DNA of 32,520 nucleotides, from NCBI GenBank assembly GCA_001929475.1, contig LXFE01004361.1:1-32520 (forward strand). The letters are read 5' to 3'. The notes under the pieces were generated by a model. It saw only the letters and a list, made by a program, of their open reading frames with translations. It ran no database searches and was not told the DNA's origin. Numbering within the stretch: position 1 is the first letter of the stretch; the number at the start of each line of letters is the position of its first letter. A program made the translations under genes and the position numbers. This DNA is from Neolecta irregularis DAH-3. Lineage: Eukaryota. Shown piece after piece: positions 13,429-24,952 of this stretch.

Positions 13429-14808
13429 ATGGGTGTCTCAGGTGGGTCTCATTTATTGTTAACATGAGCTTTACTTTATTAGATATCGTACCGAACGGTG
13501 TTCTTACTGGCGACAATGTTCTCAAACTTTTTGAATATGCTCGTGAAAAGAAGTTTGCTCTTCCTGCTGTGGTACATCTCTGTCTTAGTGTCATCCTACT
13601 GAGATAAATCTCAGAATGTTACTTCTTCATCAACCGTCATTGCTACTCTGGAAGCCGCAAGGGATAAGAAATCTCCTATTATCATTCAAATCTCGCAGGG
13701 GGGTGCTGCTTTTTTCGCAGGGAAGGGGATCTCAAATGCCCATCAAAAGGCATCTATTGCAGGTTCTGTTGCCGCTGCTCACTTCATCCGGGCGATTGCT
13801 CCATCTTATAATATTCCCATAGTCATTCATACAGGTATCTTATCACCTATCTGGGTATACTAAAGGTGCAGACCACTGCGCAATGAAACTTTTGTCTTGG
13901 CTCGATGGCATGCTTGATGCCGACGAGAAGTACTTCGAACAGCATGGGGAACCTCTTTTCAGGTGTCAATTATAACAAATTTTCTTTCAGAGCTAATTAT
14001 CCAGCTCGCATATGGTTGATTTTTCTGAAGAAACAAAGGAAAAGAACATTGAAATCACCAAGAAATACCTTCAGCGAGCTGCTCCTATGAAACAATGGCT
14101 CGAGATGGAAATTGGAATTACCGGTATATCACCAAATCGAAATTTTGGCTCACTTGAAGGAGGTGTAGAAGATGGCTGTGACAACACAGGCGTGACAAAT
14201 TCAAAGCTTTATACCCAACCGGAAGATGTCTGGGATGTCTACAGCACTCTCACTCATGTATCTCCTTACTTCAGCATTGCAGCTGCTTTTGGAAATGGGA
14301 AGATTCAATTTAAAGCCTTGTATGCTAATTTTCAAGTTCATGGAGTATATATTCTAAAAGTTCGTCTTGCCCCAGAGCTTCTTGAGAAGCATCAAGAATA
14401 TGCCGCCCATAAACTCGGCAAAAAGGGAAAGCCTTTGTAAGTGCTATTATCTACGTATCGTTGATATCAAGATACCTGGTAATGCACGGAGGCTCCGGCT
14501 CAACTCATGAGGAATTTCGAACTGCCATTAACAATGGAGTTATCAAGATCAATCTGGACACTGATCTCCAATATGCTTATTTGACTGCATGTACTCGATG
14601 TCTTCGGGTCTGATATGTATAGGGTGTGCGTGATTACGTACTCGCCAAGAAGGATTATCTCATGACTCAATGTGGGAACCCAGAAGGAGATCAGTTACCA
14701 AATAAATCGTACTATGATCCTCGCGTCTGGATTAGATACGGCGAGCAGACTATGAAGGTTCGAGTTGCTCAAGCTCTCGATGACTTTGGCGCTGCTGGGA
14801 CTTTGTAA
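13429..14808 (+). CDS. FBA1: Class II fructose-bisphosphate aldolase, 8 introns (one GC-AG, one apparent GG-AG)
   Basis: HTDHC, EMEIGITGG, FGN-VHG, HGGSGS, KINLDTD, YYDPRVW. Confidence 0.93.
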
Positions 14809-14969
14809 GCATCATGCGCATACATATGAGAATTGTTGAAAAAAATCAAGTATATAAGTCCTAGTATAAATGTCCAAAGAGTTTATTTTGAATATTAGTT
14901 TGAAGTTGGGAGTGATACTGTGTTGTGGGTGGCACGCTTAGACTCTGCATCAACCACCATCCATATCAG

Positions 14970-16481
14970 AATGGTCCCGGCAGACACTCAATGGGATAAC
15001 TGCTCAAACCTTCTTCTCGCACAATTTATCTACAAGAATGGCGATGGAGATTTCGAAAAAATATCATCAGAGCTCGAATCTCACCCTTTCATGAGTGAAT
15101 ATCATTCACCGACGCCAGATGTGAGTTCTAATTTGTGTGTATATGATGACAAAAAGTCTTGTGAGAGAAGATATAAAGAGTTACTCCAGGAGAACGATCT
15201 TAAAAGAGAGTGAGTGATTCGAGGACCTCTATCTAGATCTGATTCCGAAGACCAACGAAAGCTGCCGGTCCCGGAGTCAAACGTGCGACACTATTGTGGA
15301 CTTGAACCCAAAGTAACTGACTACAACAGCGGCGAAATGTATCTCTACACTCACCAAGATACTTCATTCCAAATACTACCAAGAACTAGTGAAAAATATC
15401 ACCAGTAATGAGGAGGAGTTTCTGTACTACCTTGTCATCTTATTTTATCTTATCCCTCAGCAAACTGAATCGAGAAATTGAAGAAATCCGAGAAGGAAAA
15501 TGGGATGATCAGTTTCGACAGCGGATAGCGCTCGATAATATGACCGACGAAGGGAATATTTCGATGCAGAATGTTGACGAGCTTCCAAATTCCGAAGACA
15601 AGAGGATCGACAACGACATGACTATGGAAAGTACTGCAGCACCGAACGAAGAAACAACTAGATCGCCTCGTCCAGAGTCAGCCCATCGTAAAACCCCTCC
15701 GACCACTCAGCCCGAACCTCTTGTTGCATACTTGTCCGACCGCGAACATACACGATCACCAGAGAAGGAACTTCCAGTATCAGCCGGAAAACCCGAGTTA
15801 CTACGCAAATCGCTTCGTTTAGAAGGAGATAAAGCTGCTGAATCTATGCTGAGTGATGCGGCACTGCAGGTACCGCGTGAGAACGAAACAACTCCTTTAT
15901 CATATCTAAAATCCCGAAAACGTAGTCGCAAATTTGAGGCAAGAGACTCTCCTTTACCCTCAAACAAATCAAGAAGGAGTGCAGCGACACCAGCCCACGA
16001 TGAAGGTAGTCCTGGAGCCCCTTTTCTGGATGGTATATGATCACCCCAAGGCGGGGAACTTAGCTGACTGTTCCCGAGGAATGTCGCCTAACAGACATAA
16101 AAAGTTCGTGGGATTAATATTGACTGTTTGGAACGATATTTCAACACATAGAAACGGTGCTCTATTCAACAATCCGGTATCAGATCGAGATGCGCCAGGT
16201 TATAGCTCCTTAATCAAGACGCCTCAAGACTTGAAAACGATTCGTCAGAAAGTCCGAGATGGGGTATTGCTCTTTGATTCACGAAATATGCTTATTTACA
16301 GGTTATTACCAATGCCAAAGAATTTGAAAGGGACATTCTCCTGATGTTTGCAAATTCAATAATGTTTAACGAAGAAGGCACAGATATGTCTAATATGGCA
16401 CAGGAAATGAGAGCCGAAGCAGAAAAATTAGTTCGGAGCTTTATCCAGACAGAGAAGAGGGTTGTACGGAGTTCTAACTAG
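14970..16481 (+). CDS. BRD8/Bdc1-like bromodomain protein (putative NuA4/SWR1-associated), 6 introns
   Basis: N-terminal LLLAQ..Y SANT-like region, coiled coil EIEEIREGKWD, bromodomain FNNPVSDRDAPGYSSLIKTPQDLKTI...LMFANSIMFN. Confidence 0.85.
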
Positions 16482-16759
16482 GAAGTTGACCTTTTTGAGG
16501 ATGATATTGGTTGGGTTTTTTCGTACTGGGATTGTAAATGTTGCTGCAACAGGAGCTCAGCCATGCGTTCCTTGCGGACTTTCTCGCGCTCTTCATCGCG
16601 AATGACGCCTTCGTGCATTACCTGGACAAAGTGAGACGCAGCATGCGGAGACTGGGGCTATACAGCCTGGGTCTGCTTTTGGGAGTAGTGGACATAATAG
16701 ATAGTGCCTGCTGTAGCTGTTGTCACGAGCGCAAACGTACCCTTGGCGGCGCGCGACAT
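16478..16759 (-). CDS. PET117: Cytochrome c oxidase assembly factor Pet117, one 42-nt intron; not in the ORF track
   Basis: MSRAAKGTFALVTTATAGTIYYVHYSQKQTQA|VMHEGVIRDEER...Q..LQSQYEKTQPI matches the Pet117 pattern MSRASK.TF...VH..Q....LH.G...D..R...Q..L...YE..QP. Confidence 0.9.
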
Positions 16760-16802
16760 GAGCGAGACGAAGGAGCGTATATGCTTTGCTACAACTGAAA
16801 AT

Positions 16803-16860
16803 GGAGGGTTGGTTAGTCCGCGTATGCTTTGTGATGACTGCAGACGGAGGGCTGGTTAGT
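16803..16860. promoter_or_regulatory. [10 protein letters not shown] 15-bp element GGAGGGYTGGTTAGT in a bidirectional promoter
   Basis: Copies at 16803-16817 and 16846-16860, within the 165 bp between divergent ATGs. Confidence 0.5.
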
Positions 16861-16924
16861 GGTGAGGCTGGTACTGGGCTTGGCTATTCTTTTCGCCGCC
16901 GCTCTTTTTTGCATCTTCCTCCAG

Positions 16925-18038
16925 ATGCCTGCCTACAGAATCGAATATGCAGCTTCTGCACGGTCAAAGTGCAAGGCCAACACCTGTGGTCAGGCCAAGA
17001 TAGAGAAAGGCGCTCTGAGATTCGGAACCTGGGTTGATTCAGGTCGCTTCCAGAGCTATGCGTGGAGACACTGGTAGTTTTGCCATCGCCAGATCATGCA
17101 TTGACTATATGCCATAGGGGTTGCGTTACCCCAAAAGTTTTGGAGAATGTTGGAAATGCATTCGACGACATAGAAAAAGAGATGGATGGATATGACGAGA
17201 TCGAGTACAAATGCATGCGCCAGGCCTGATGACTGACAATAAAAGAGACCGCGACAAGCTTAAAATCAAAGCAGCAGTAGAATCTGGACAGCGTATGCTC
17301 ATGTTTCCTCTCACTATCAACTCACAAACAAGTTGCCGAAGAGGACAAGACAGTCCCTGTTGACGGTCACAAAGAAAGCGGTGATGAGGAGGAGAACCCC
17401 AAGAAAAAAAGCGGTCGATCTAAGGAGAAAGTTGTATCTGCTGATGAAGAGCCAGAGGAGCCATCTGGCGAAAAGTACATTATCAATCAATAATTAATGT
17501 ACTAATAACACAGAACTCCTAAAAAACGAGGGCGCACCAAGAAGTCTGACGCGAAACTGTTGGATGAGGCTAAAATAGATACAGAGGAAAACACGTATTT
17601 GCCTTCAGTTATGAAGATTAATTTGTAGGTTTTCGAGATCTAAGAGAGCCAAGCGAGGAGAGCCCAAAAATTATAATGAAAATGACGACGGTTTCGATGA
17701 TGAAGAGTATGCGTACCCCTTGGTAATTCTGATCGTGGCAGTTCTATTCCGAAGAAAAAGTCATCTAAATCCAAGAAAGTCACCAAAGATGCTGACCCTG
17801 TAGACGACAAGTAATTTTCGTTATTATTTTCTGTACTGATCTACCAATAGACTTAAGAAAGCTCGAGGGCTTCCTAAGAAATCTGATGGGTAAATCCCCC
17901 TTCAGTTGATTACTGATCTATAGGATCCCAGCAGAAGTTCCCAAAAAACGCGGTCGACCCACGAAGAAAGCCATTGCTGCTGAAGGGTTAGGTATTGCTA
18001 CCGCAGAGGAAGCTCTAACAGAGATTGCTGCTGAATAA
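16925..18038 (+). CDS. Stand-alone PARP-type zinc finger protein (Hpz1-like) with AT-hook-like tail, 8 introns
   Basis: YRIEYAASARSKCKANTC...IEKGALRFG...WRHWGCVT; later KKRGRT and KKRGRP motifs. Confidence 0.88.
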
Positions 18039-18517
18039 TTGTGTATTATGTGGTGATCATTCTCATGATTTTCCTATGTTCTTGCCTGTATTGGAGATGG
18101 GTAGGTTGTTCTGTCGTTGTAAGTTTGTACTCTTCTTTTGCGTAATGTTATATGTGCACTTGAATGTAGGTGTATATTTGATTCTGGAAAGTTTTGTTGA
18201 AGTAATATAACTGTAATACAATAGTGGACTCGCGATCCTAACTCCTGTAAAAACTCAATTAAGAGCCAATCTGTGAGTCGGAGCAGAATTGTTGATAGAT
18301 GAGTCGAAGAGATTGGGCAGATGGCATAAATTCAATGAATAGGATGAGCGCAATTACAGACACAGTTGATAACGATTGTCAAGAATTCTGATGATATTCT
18401 AATTCTCACTCCCACAAAACAGGGAATGATACTCTAAAATGCTATATGGAACCCTCACGACCTGCAAGGGTCCTCATCTATTGATGGTCCAATGTCACCT
18501 TTTCTTCCTATTACACA

Positions 18518-19465
18518 TTAACGCCCAAATCGCATTTCGGCCTGTGAGAATTTATATAGACTCTTCAAGAAGACCGCGTAATTTACTTCTTCATTATCCT
18601 GTATATGACTAAATGATCAGCAATACTTACACAAAAAGATTCACAAGATCTCTGTAAGTCGAAGTTGCCAGGGCGGAAATCCCTGAAGTTTAATATTGGG
18701 TGAGAAAAGAACCAAAAGGTCTGGTTCAGTCATCACATTCGCTTAATGAAATTAGCAGGTTCCATAAAATGAATAGAACAAAGTTCAAAGTCCACAACTT
18801 CCTGTGTGAGTTCATCACACTTGAATGACTTAGATTTAGACATGGAACATAGTGTCTTGGCTAGATCGACAATTGAATCCCGACCGTCTTCGGAGGAGAT
18901 AAGAACAATCTTCAATTCTGTCCTATAAGTGGTAACTAGGTAGTGATAAACCGTTGGCTTTGCTCGGAATGTTGGTCAAGTCTCCATTGACGAATGAAGT
19001 AGTGTGAGGAGAGCGAATAGCTAAACGTGGTCTTTCGGCGCCCATATAGTTTTGTAACCGCTCACCGACTTCTCTATGAACAACAGTATACATATCCTTC
19101 AGTTGTCCTGGCTATTCAGCATTTTTTGAAGAAAAGAAAATACCACGTCTCTCAAAGACGGTAAGTAACTTGATACCCGCGCAAGCACACCAGCATGCAA
19201 TCTCAGCAGTCCAACCAATGAGATCATCGACTTCACCATCAAGTATGACAGCATAATGTTCCGGTATCCTATTCAATTTGGACACGTCGTTCCGAATATA
19301 CTGCGGGGTTTTGTGGTGATATTTTAAGAGTTGACAGGACTGGGTTAATATTGAATGATACGAACGACGCATGAGCAGGAAGGCGGAAAATAAGCTGTTT
19401 ATGACAAAGAGTATAAAATCGAGGGCAAAATCTGGGAGGATAGACTCCAGCCTGGGTTGGTCCAT
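18518..19465 (-). CDS. NUS1: Dehydrodolichyl diphosphate synthase subunit Nus1/NgBR, 4 introns
   Basis: IPEHYAVIL, CWCACAGIKLLTVFE, SSEDGRDSIVDLAK, EPDLL, GFPPWQLRLTEI, C-terminal RFGR (RxG). Confidence 0.93.
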
Positions 19466-19572
19466 TATTCTGGGCGGCTGAGAACTGAGAGGAGGACTAC
19501 TAGGCGGAAATCGGGCTGGATAATAACCACCTCCGTCATCGAGTAACGCATACAACCTGTCATTTTCTTGCA

Positions 19573-20076
19573 ATGGCTTCAAATGCCAACCGGACACTCA
19601 TTGCAGTCATCGGGGACGAAGTGAATTTTATCTTTAACACTAGCTTACAAAGAACAGGATTCAGTGACTGGCTTGCTCCTCGCAGGCACAGGCCAAGTAA
19701 ATCATGACGGAGATAAGAACTTCTTGGTCGTCGACGGGAGCATGAATCTCTGTTCCAATCGTCCCTAATCTGTAGAGACCGAGATAAAAACAATAGCAGA
19801 TACATTTGATGAATTCTTGAAGAGAAAAGACATTGCCATCATTCTTATCAACCAGCATGTGCGTCTTCTTCTGTGTATTTTATACCTAATCGTTTTTAGA
19901 TTGCAGAGAGGATTCGCGAACGCGTAGATTCCCATACCGCTGCTTTTCCTGCTCTTCTAGAAATTCCAAGCAAAGATCATCCATATGGTCTCTTTGTAGT
20001 ATATACTCATTCTGACTATTCAGATCCTGAGAAGGATAGCGTATTAAAACGGGTTCAAAGGTTATTTGGGGACTGA
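19573..20076 (+). CDS. VMA7: V-ATPase V1 subunit F, 4 introns (one GC-AG)
   Basis: [55 protein letters not shown]. Confidence 0.96.
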
Positions 20077-20234
20077 AAGAATGGAGAATATAAATGTAAT
20101 CTCAAGACAGACTTGCATTACTTATAATAAAAACGTCAGCACAAGCATTCCAAAATCTCATACATGCACATCAAGTAGTAGGAAATAATATAAAGAGAAG
20201 ATGCAACAAACAATACAACACCATATGCGCCCTT

Positions 20235-20769
20235 CTACAGCCCTAAACCGTGAAAAACAACGCTGCCTTTCAAACATGTAATCAGTTTCTTATCTGGTGT
20301 TACAAGATTTGCTTTAACGGTGTATGTGCCCTATTATCAGTCTCCCTCATTTAGCAAAGGCTGGAAAGCTTACCGGGGGAATCTCTTTGGGCAAATCAAT
20401 GCTCTTTGAGAGAGAAAGTTCACCTCGCTGAATTGGACACTCTTCTCCAGCATAATTAGAAGCCAGCTCACAAAGTTGATAGGTTTTCGTCAGCAGTGTG
20501 ATAAATCCATATTTGACTTCAACAACAACTAATGAGCCCTCAATTATTTCTTCAGAAAGCACCGCCTTAACGTCAATAGAAATCGTATGCCCAGCTAGGG
20601 GAGGATTGGGTGTGATGTTTATGAAGTCGATTTTGACAGTTCCTACAGAATCGTCGCAAAATTGAAGAGGGTTTGAGCCAGGAACGGTCTGCGAGCCTTT
20701 GAATACAACTTGGTGAGAGAAAACTCCTCGAAGGAGGGCAAAGAAAGGGAGTAAAATGCCTATCTGCAT
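20235..20769 (-). CDS. NPC2: NPC2/ML-domain lipid transfer protein (PG/PI-TP), 1 intron
   Basis: Signal peptide, VPGSNPLQFC, ITPNPP, VKYGFI, CPI..G, LPKEIPPGTY, ITCL. Confidence 0.92.
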
Positions 20770-21130
20770 GATAATAGGGGTTGTGGTTTGAGGATGAAGT
20801 GGAAGACGTCGCACCCCGGATAAGACCATTCTGGCTTACGTCATACTTTAACTCCACTAGGGAGCATTACTAAAAGTAATACACAAAATGTACTTCAAAA
20901 TAGCAAAAAGGTTGTTTTAAGTTATCTGCGAGAATTTCGCCATGATTCCGCACATCGGTATGCTAAATATAATATATCTATAGACTATTGAACAGCCAGC
21001 TACATCGATGGAAGTAGGTCTCTCCTATTCCTCCCTTTACAAAATGACAAGCCGGGAAAATGCAAGGCCAGAACTGCCCGACTCCTAGAAAACCCCAGGA
21101 ATAATAGATTGCCCTTGGACAGTAAATAAA

Positions 21131-22620
21131 TCAGCTTGCAGGAGCCAATGTCCCCGGAGAAGGAATCTTCGTAGCATGCGCATTGGCTCTTATAATCGGA
21201 ACGCCGTTTGTATCACGAACAAGGTCAACATTTTTATCCTCCCGCTGAGCTCGTTTCCAGATCTCAACCTCCATTCCTCCACGGACGACGCCAACTCGCA
21301 TTTGCGAAAGAAGATTGTGAGCTGCATTGGAATGATCATAGACACCCCCATTGAAGGCTGCTGTCATGTCTTTACCAATCCCGCTTTTCATGAGTGCTTT
21401 CCCACCAGGGTGTACACCAATGAAATTGGTTACGTCATGAATTACTCCACCAATGAGTATTAGATTCTGTTGTTCGGCCATTTCATTAAAGTCATCAAAC
21501 TCCATCACAGGGAGTTGGTCAAGCGGAATTCCCCAATCTATGCGAGCACGGCAGCGGTCGAGCATCTTTTGTTTCTGTTGAACCACTCCCTTCTGAATTT
21601 CATTTTCCGGAAACTGTTTAAGACCAAAAGCCAGACCGACAAAATGGCAGACACGAATAAGCCATTTGGTGGGGTCATATTGATACCATTTGATCGCATT
21701 TCGGTAGTCTGCGGGGAATTCGTGATGGAAATTGTGATACCCTTCACCCATGGTGATGAAGGCAGTAAGGACATGATCTCGGGGTGAATGGCGATCGTCG
21801 AAAGGCTGATCACCAATCCAGTGAGCAAGAGAATTCACACAAAAAGTGGCGTGGTGGACAAAGACCAATCTAAGCAATCCAGCGTAAAAGTACCCGCCTC
21901 GATAGTCACCCCATCCAAGACCACTGACGAGGGTTGGGAAGACAACAGACATAAATATCATTAAGGGCAGATAATGCTTATGTTGAAAGACGACGATAGG
22001 GTCTTGATTGAGATCAGAGATATTCGTGCGGCCTTTCTTTTTAGGGTCGGATTTAAACATCATCCAGCCAATGTGGGAATGAAAGAATCCTTTTCGAATA
22101 CTGTATGGATCCTTTTCAGTATCGGTCCATCTGTGGTGACTGCGATGACCTGCTGACCTGAGTTGTCAGAATGGTGTTCAGCGGAATAGACATACCACCA
22201 ACGAATAGATCCTTCGACCGCACCTGTCCCGCAGAGCATAAGCGCAAGGCGAAGAGGCCACGAGGCTGAGTATGATCTATGGGCCCAAAGCCGGTGATAG
22301 CCCGCGGTGATGCCTAAACCAGTGCAGAAGTACCAGATGACAGACCACAAGAAGGTGCGGGAGTCGATTGGGGTGGTGAAGAAGCCGTAGATGCCGAACA
22401 CGGGGGGAAATATCAGGGCGATTGTGCTGATCCAGTTCATCTTCTTGTACCAATTTGTGAGAGTGAACGGCTGATTTGCGATGTTCAGCTCGAGCATAAT
22501 ATGGTCGTCGGAAGGGCTGCTGCCGGCAGCGAACGTAGATGCAGCGGCAGATGCAGACGTCGGCATAGACATCGTCACAGACATAGACGCAGAGGCAGAC
22601 GTAGACATGGAATCCATCAT
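21131..22620 (-). CDS. OLE1: Acyl-CoA delta-9 desaturase with fused cytochrome b5, 1 intron
   Basis: His boxes HRLWAH, HRSHH and HNFHH; b5 motif HPGG; Ser/Ala/Met hexamer-repeat N-terminus. Confidence 0.97.
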
Positions 22621-22869
22621 GAGGGCAGATTGGTAGTTATATGCGTAGAGCAGAGCCCCAACAGTGTCATTACGACAGAATAACTGTTGGGGCGGGGCTC
22701 TTGATTCAGAGCCCCAACGCGCGACCAGGGTGGCTAACCACCTGGCGTGGCACCAGATGGCTTAGTAATCCACCCGCCCACCCACCAGAGGACTCTTAGG
22801 GGGGTAGTTTGGCTGGCACTCAGTGGTTGGGATAGCATCTCTAGAGATGTATGCTACTCCCGGTTCCTG

Positions 22870-23761
22870 GCATCAGGCATCCTGGTCTGTACTTTTGATC
22901 GTCTATCGACACCAGAACAAAGGCTCCTTTAGGTTACCAATACCTCGCAGATTCGCCCTAAGATCTACAGAAGAAACAAATCATAGTCTGCGCAGTCATG
23001 CACAAAATAGGAGTATTCATCGCTTGAAATAAAATAAAATAAACTCACTCAATGGGGTGCTTTGTTCCTCCTCGCCCAAAATTAATACGGGGATCTCTTC
23101 AAAATAACCGTCAATTATGACGACAACGGCGTCGAAGCAGCCAAGATCAAGTATTTCGATACTCTACCCCTAGCTACCAGTTTGTGCATTATTGATTTCA
23201 CCCAATAGAGAGACAGTGGAAGAAGTAACTGATACCGGTTTTCTCTATCAATACCTACAATTGCAGTTCAGCAACTAGGCCAAGATGCACTTATTCAGAT
23301 CTATCCAGGCGACACGGTATATCCACGGAGAAATCGTCAACTGCTAAGCCCCAGCTCAAAAAACTCTCCAACAAGCTACCACGAATCAAAGACAAGGTGC
23401 GATCGCATTGGTAGTGGATATTTAGTATACTTTGAATTGGACAGCGGAGAATTACCAGAATATCAGGAACAGAATCAGATGACTGGTGCCATCACTGCAT
23501 TCTGCATGGCGAATTCCCAGAAGGAAGAACAAGGAATAACTTTATGGTTAGTTGATCCGAGAACAATGTTGATTCCTAGGTTGTCAAGTGTGATGACAGT
23601 ACTGTTCAAATCATTTCTCTAGATCCGTCAAGCACTCTTGATTCTCTTGGCATACAAGCTCTCAGTGCACCTGCAAGCTCATCATGGCGATGGTCAACAG
23701 AAGTGCAGAACGCGCTGTTAACAATATTTATCTTCATATCGGTCTACAAAACGGAGATTAT
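22870..23761 (+). pseudogene. RSE1: Decayed internal fragment of splicing factor RSE1/SF3B3 (Prp12)
   Basis: Fragments in order across frameshifts and stops: [124 protein letters not shown]. Confidence 0.9.
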
Positions 23762-24087
23762 TAATAAAGTTGGATTAGAATAGCTGAATATGCGACAAAT
23801 ATTTGAAATATGAATAATAAAATCGGTGGTGCGAGTCAGTTAGATAGCAACGTAATTCACCACCCACCGGCACACGAAGTGGGTGGGTGTGTTCGGTCGG
23901 GTGGTTGGCCACACTGCGCGCTACAAGGCAATCGACCGGGAGGTGGTTGGGCTTTGGGGATACGTGGCCGCCGCAGCCGGGGTGTCAGTTTAGCATCGCC
24001 AAGAGAAACTTGCGATTTATGATATCCAATCTAGTTGGTGTATGGTGTCTGGTCTATTTATAACGACACCCGCTATTTCTTCCATAG

Positions 24088-24952
24088 ATGACACGTCTGA
24101 CCTCCATTGTCTTATCTTTTATTCGGGACCAAGTATCGCCAGAAGTGAGGCCCCTGTTTGTGGGTATTAGTGGCCCGCAAGGATGGTAGGACTGGTGCAT
24201 ATCATGGTGACAAAATCTCCAGCGGAAAATCCACACTCGCTTCAGAGCTCCAAACTATCCTATCGCAGTCGCAACAGATCGTGGTTCTGTCATTAGACGA
24301 CATCTACCTTACCCATCAGGCTCAACTTGAGCTGTCTTCCAACTACCCAAACAATCCACTCCTTAAGCATCGCGGGCAACCGGGGACCCATGACATCACC
24401 CTGGGTATCTCTGTTCTTCAAAGCCTCAAGAATGGAATCGAGGTGTCGATTCCGAGATATGACAAATCTGCTTTCCAAGGAAGAGGAGATCGGTGTCCCA
24501 TTGAGCAGTGGGATCGAATCGGGAAAAGTGTCGATATCGTGTTATTCGAAGGATGGTGTCTTGGATTCCAACCCTTATCCCAAGATGAGTTGAGATCGCA
24601 ATGGGAAGAAGCGAAAAAGACGAACGATCCTATTCTCGGAATTCATGAATTCGATCATCTACAGTTCATGAACAAGCAGCTCCGGCAATATACCGCATTG
24701 TGGGGATTTCTCGATGTTTTAATCTCTGTAACTACAAATGACCCAAACTACGTTTATTCCTGGCGCCAACAAGCCGAATCCGCTCTTTGGAAAATGTGTA
24801 ATTCAGGAATGACGCGGGAACAAGTTCAAGAATTCGTCGATGGATATATGCCAGCATATAAGCTATACAAACCAACACTCAATGACATCAACAAGAAAGT
24901 ACTGCAAATAGTACTAAGCCTAGATCGACAAGTGATCCGAATAGAGAAATGA
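24088..24952 (+). CDS. Tda10/GLYK-like P-loop kinase (putative D-glycerate 3-kinase), 1 intron
   Basis: GISGPQG|CGKST Walker A, SLDDIY, RGQPGTHD, PRYDKS..GRGDR, FEGWCLGF, YSWRQQAE. Confidence 0.88.

Noticed and set aside
16538-16798. Plus-strand 86-aa ORF
   Set aside because: Antisense shadow of PET117.
16831-16837. GTGATGA box C-like motif (also near 12668) as a snoRNA
   Set aside because: No suitably placed CTGA box D or terminal stem.
19466-19597. N-terminal extension of NUS1 overlapping VMA7
   Set aside because: It has no Nus1-like features; Met at 19465 is the more plausible start.
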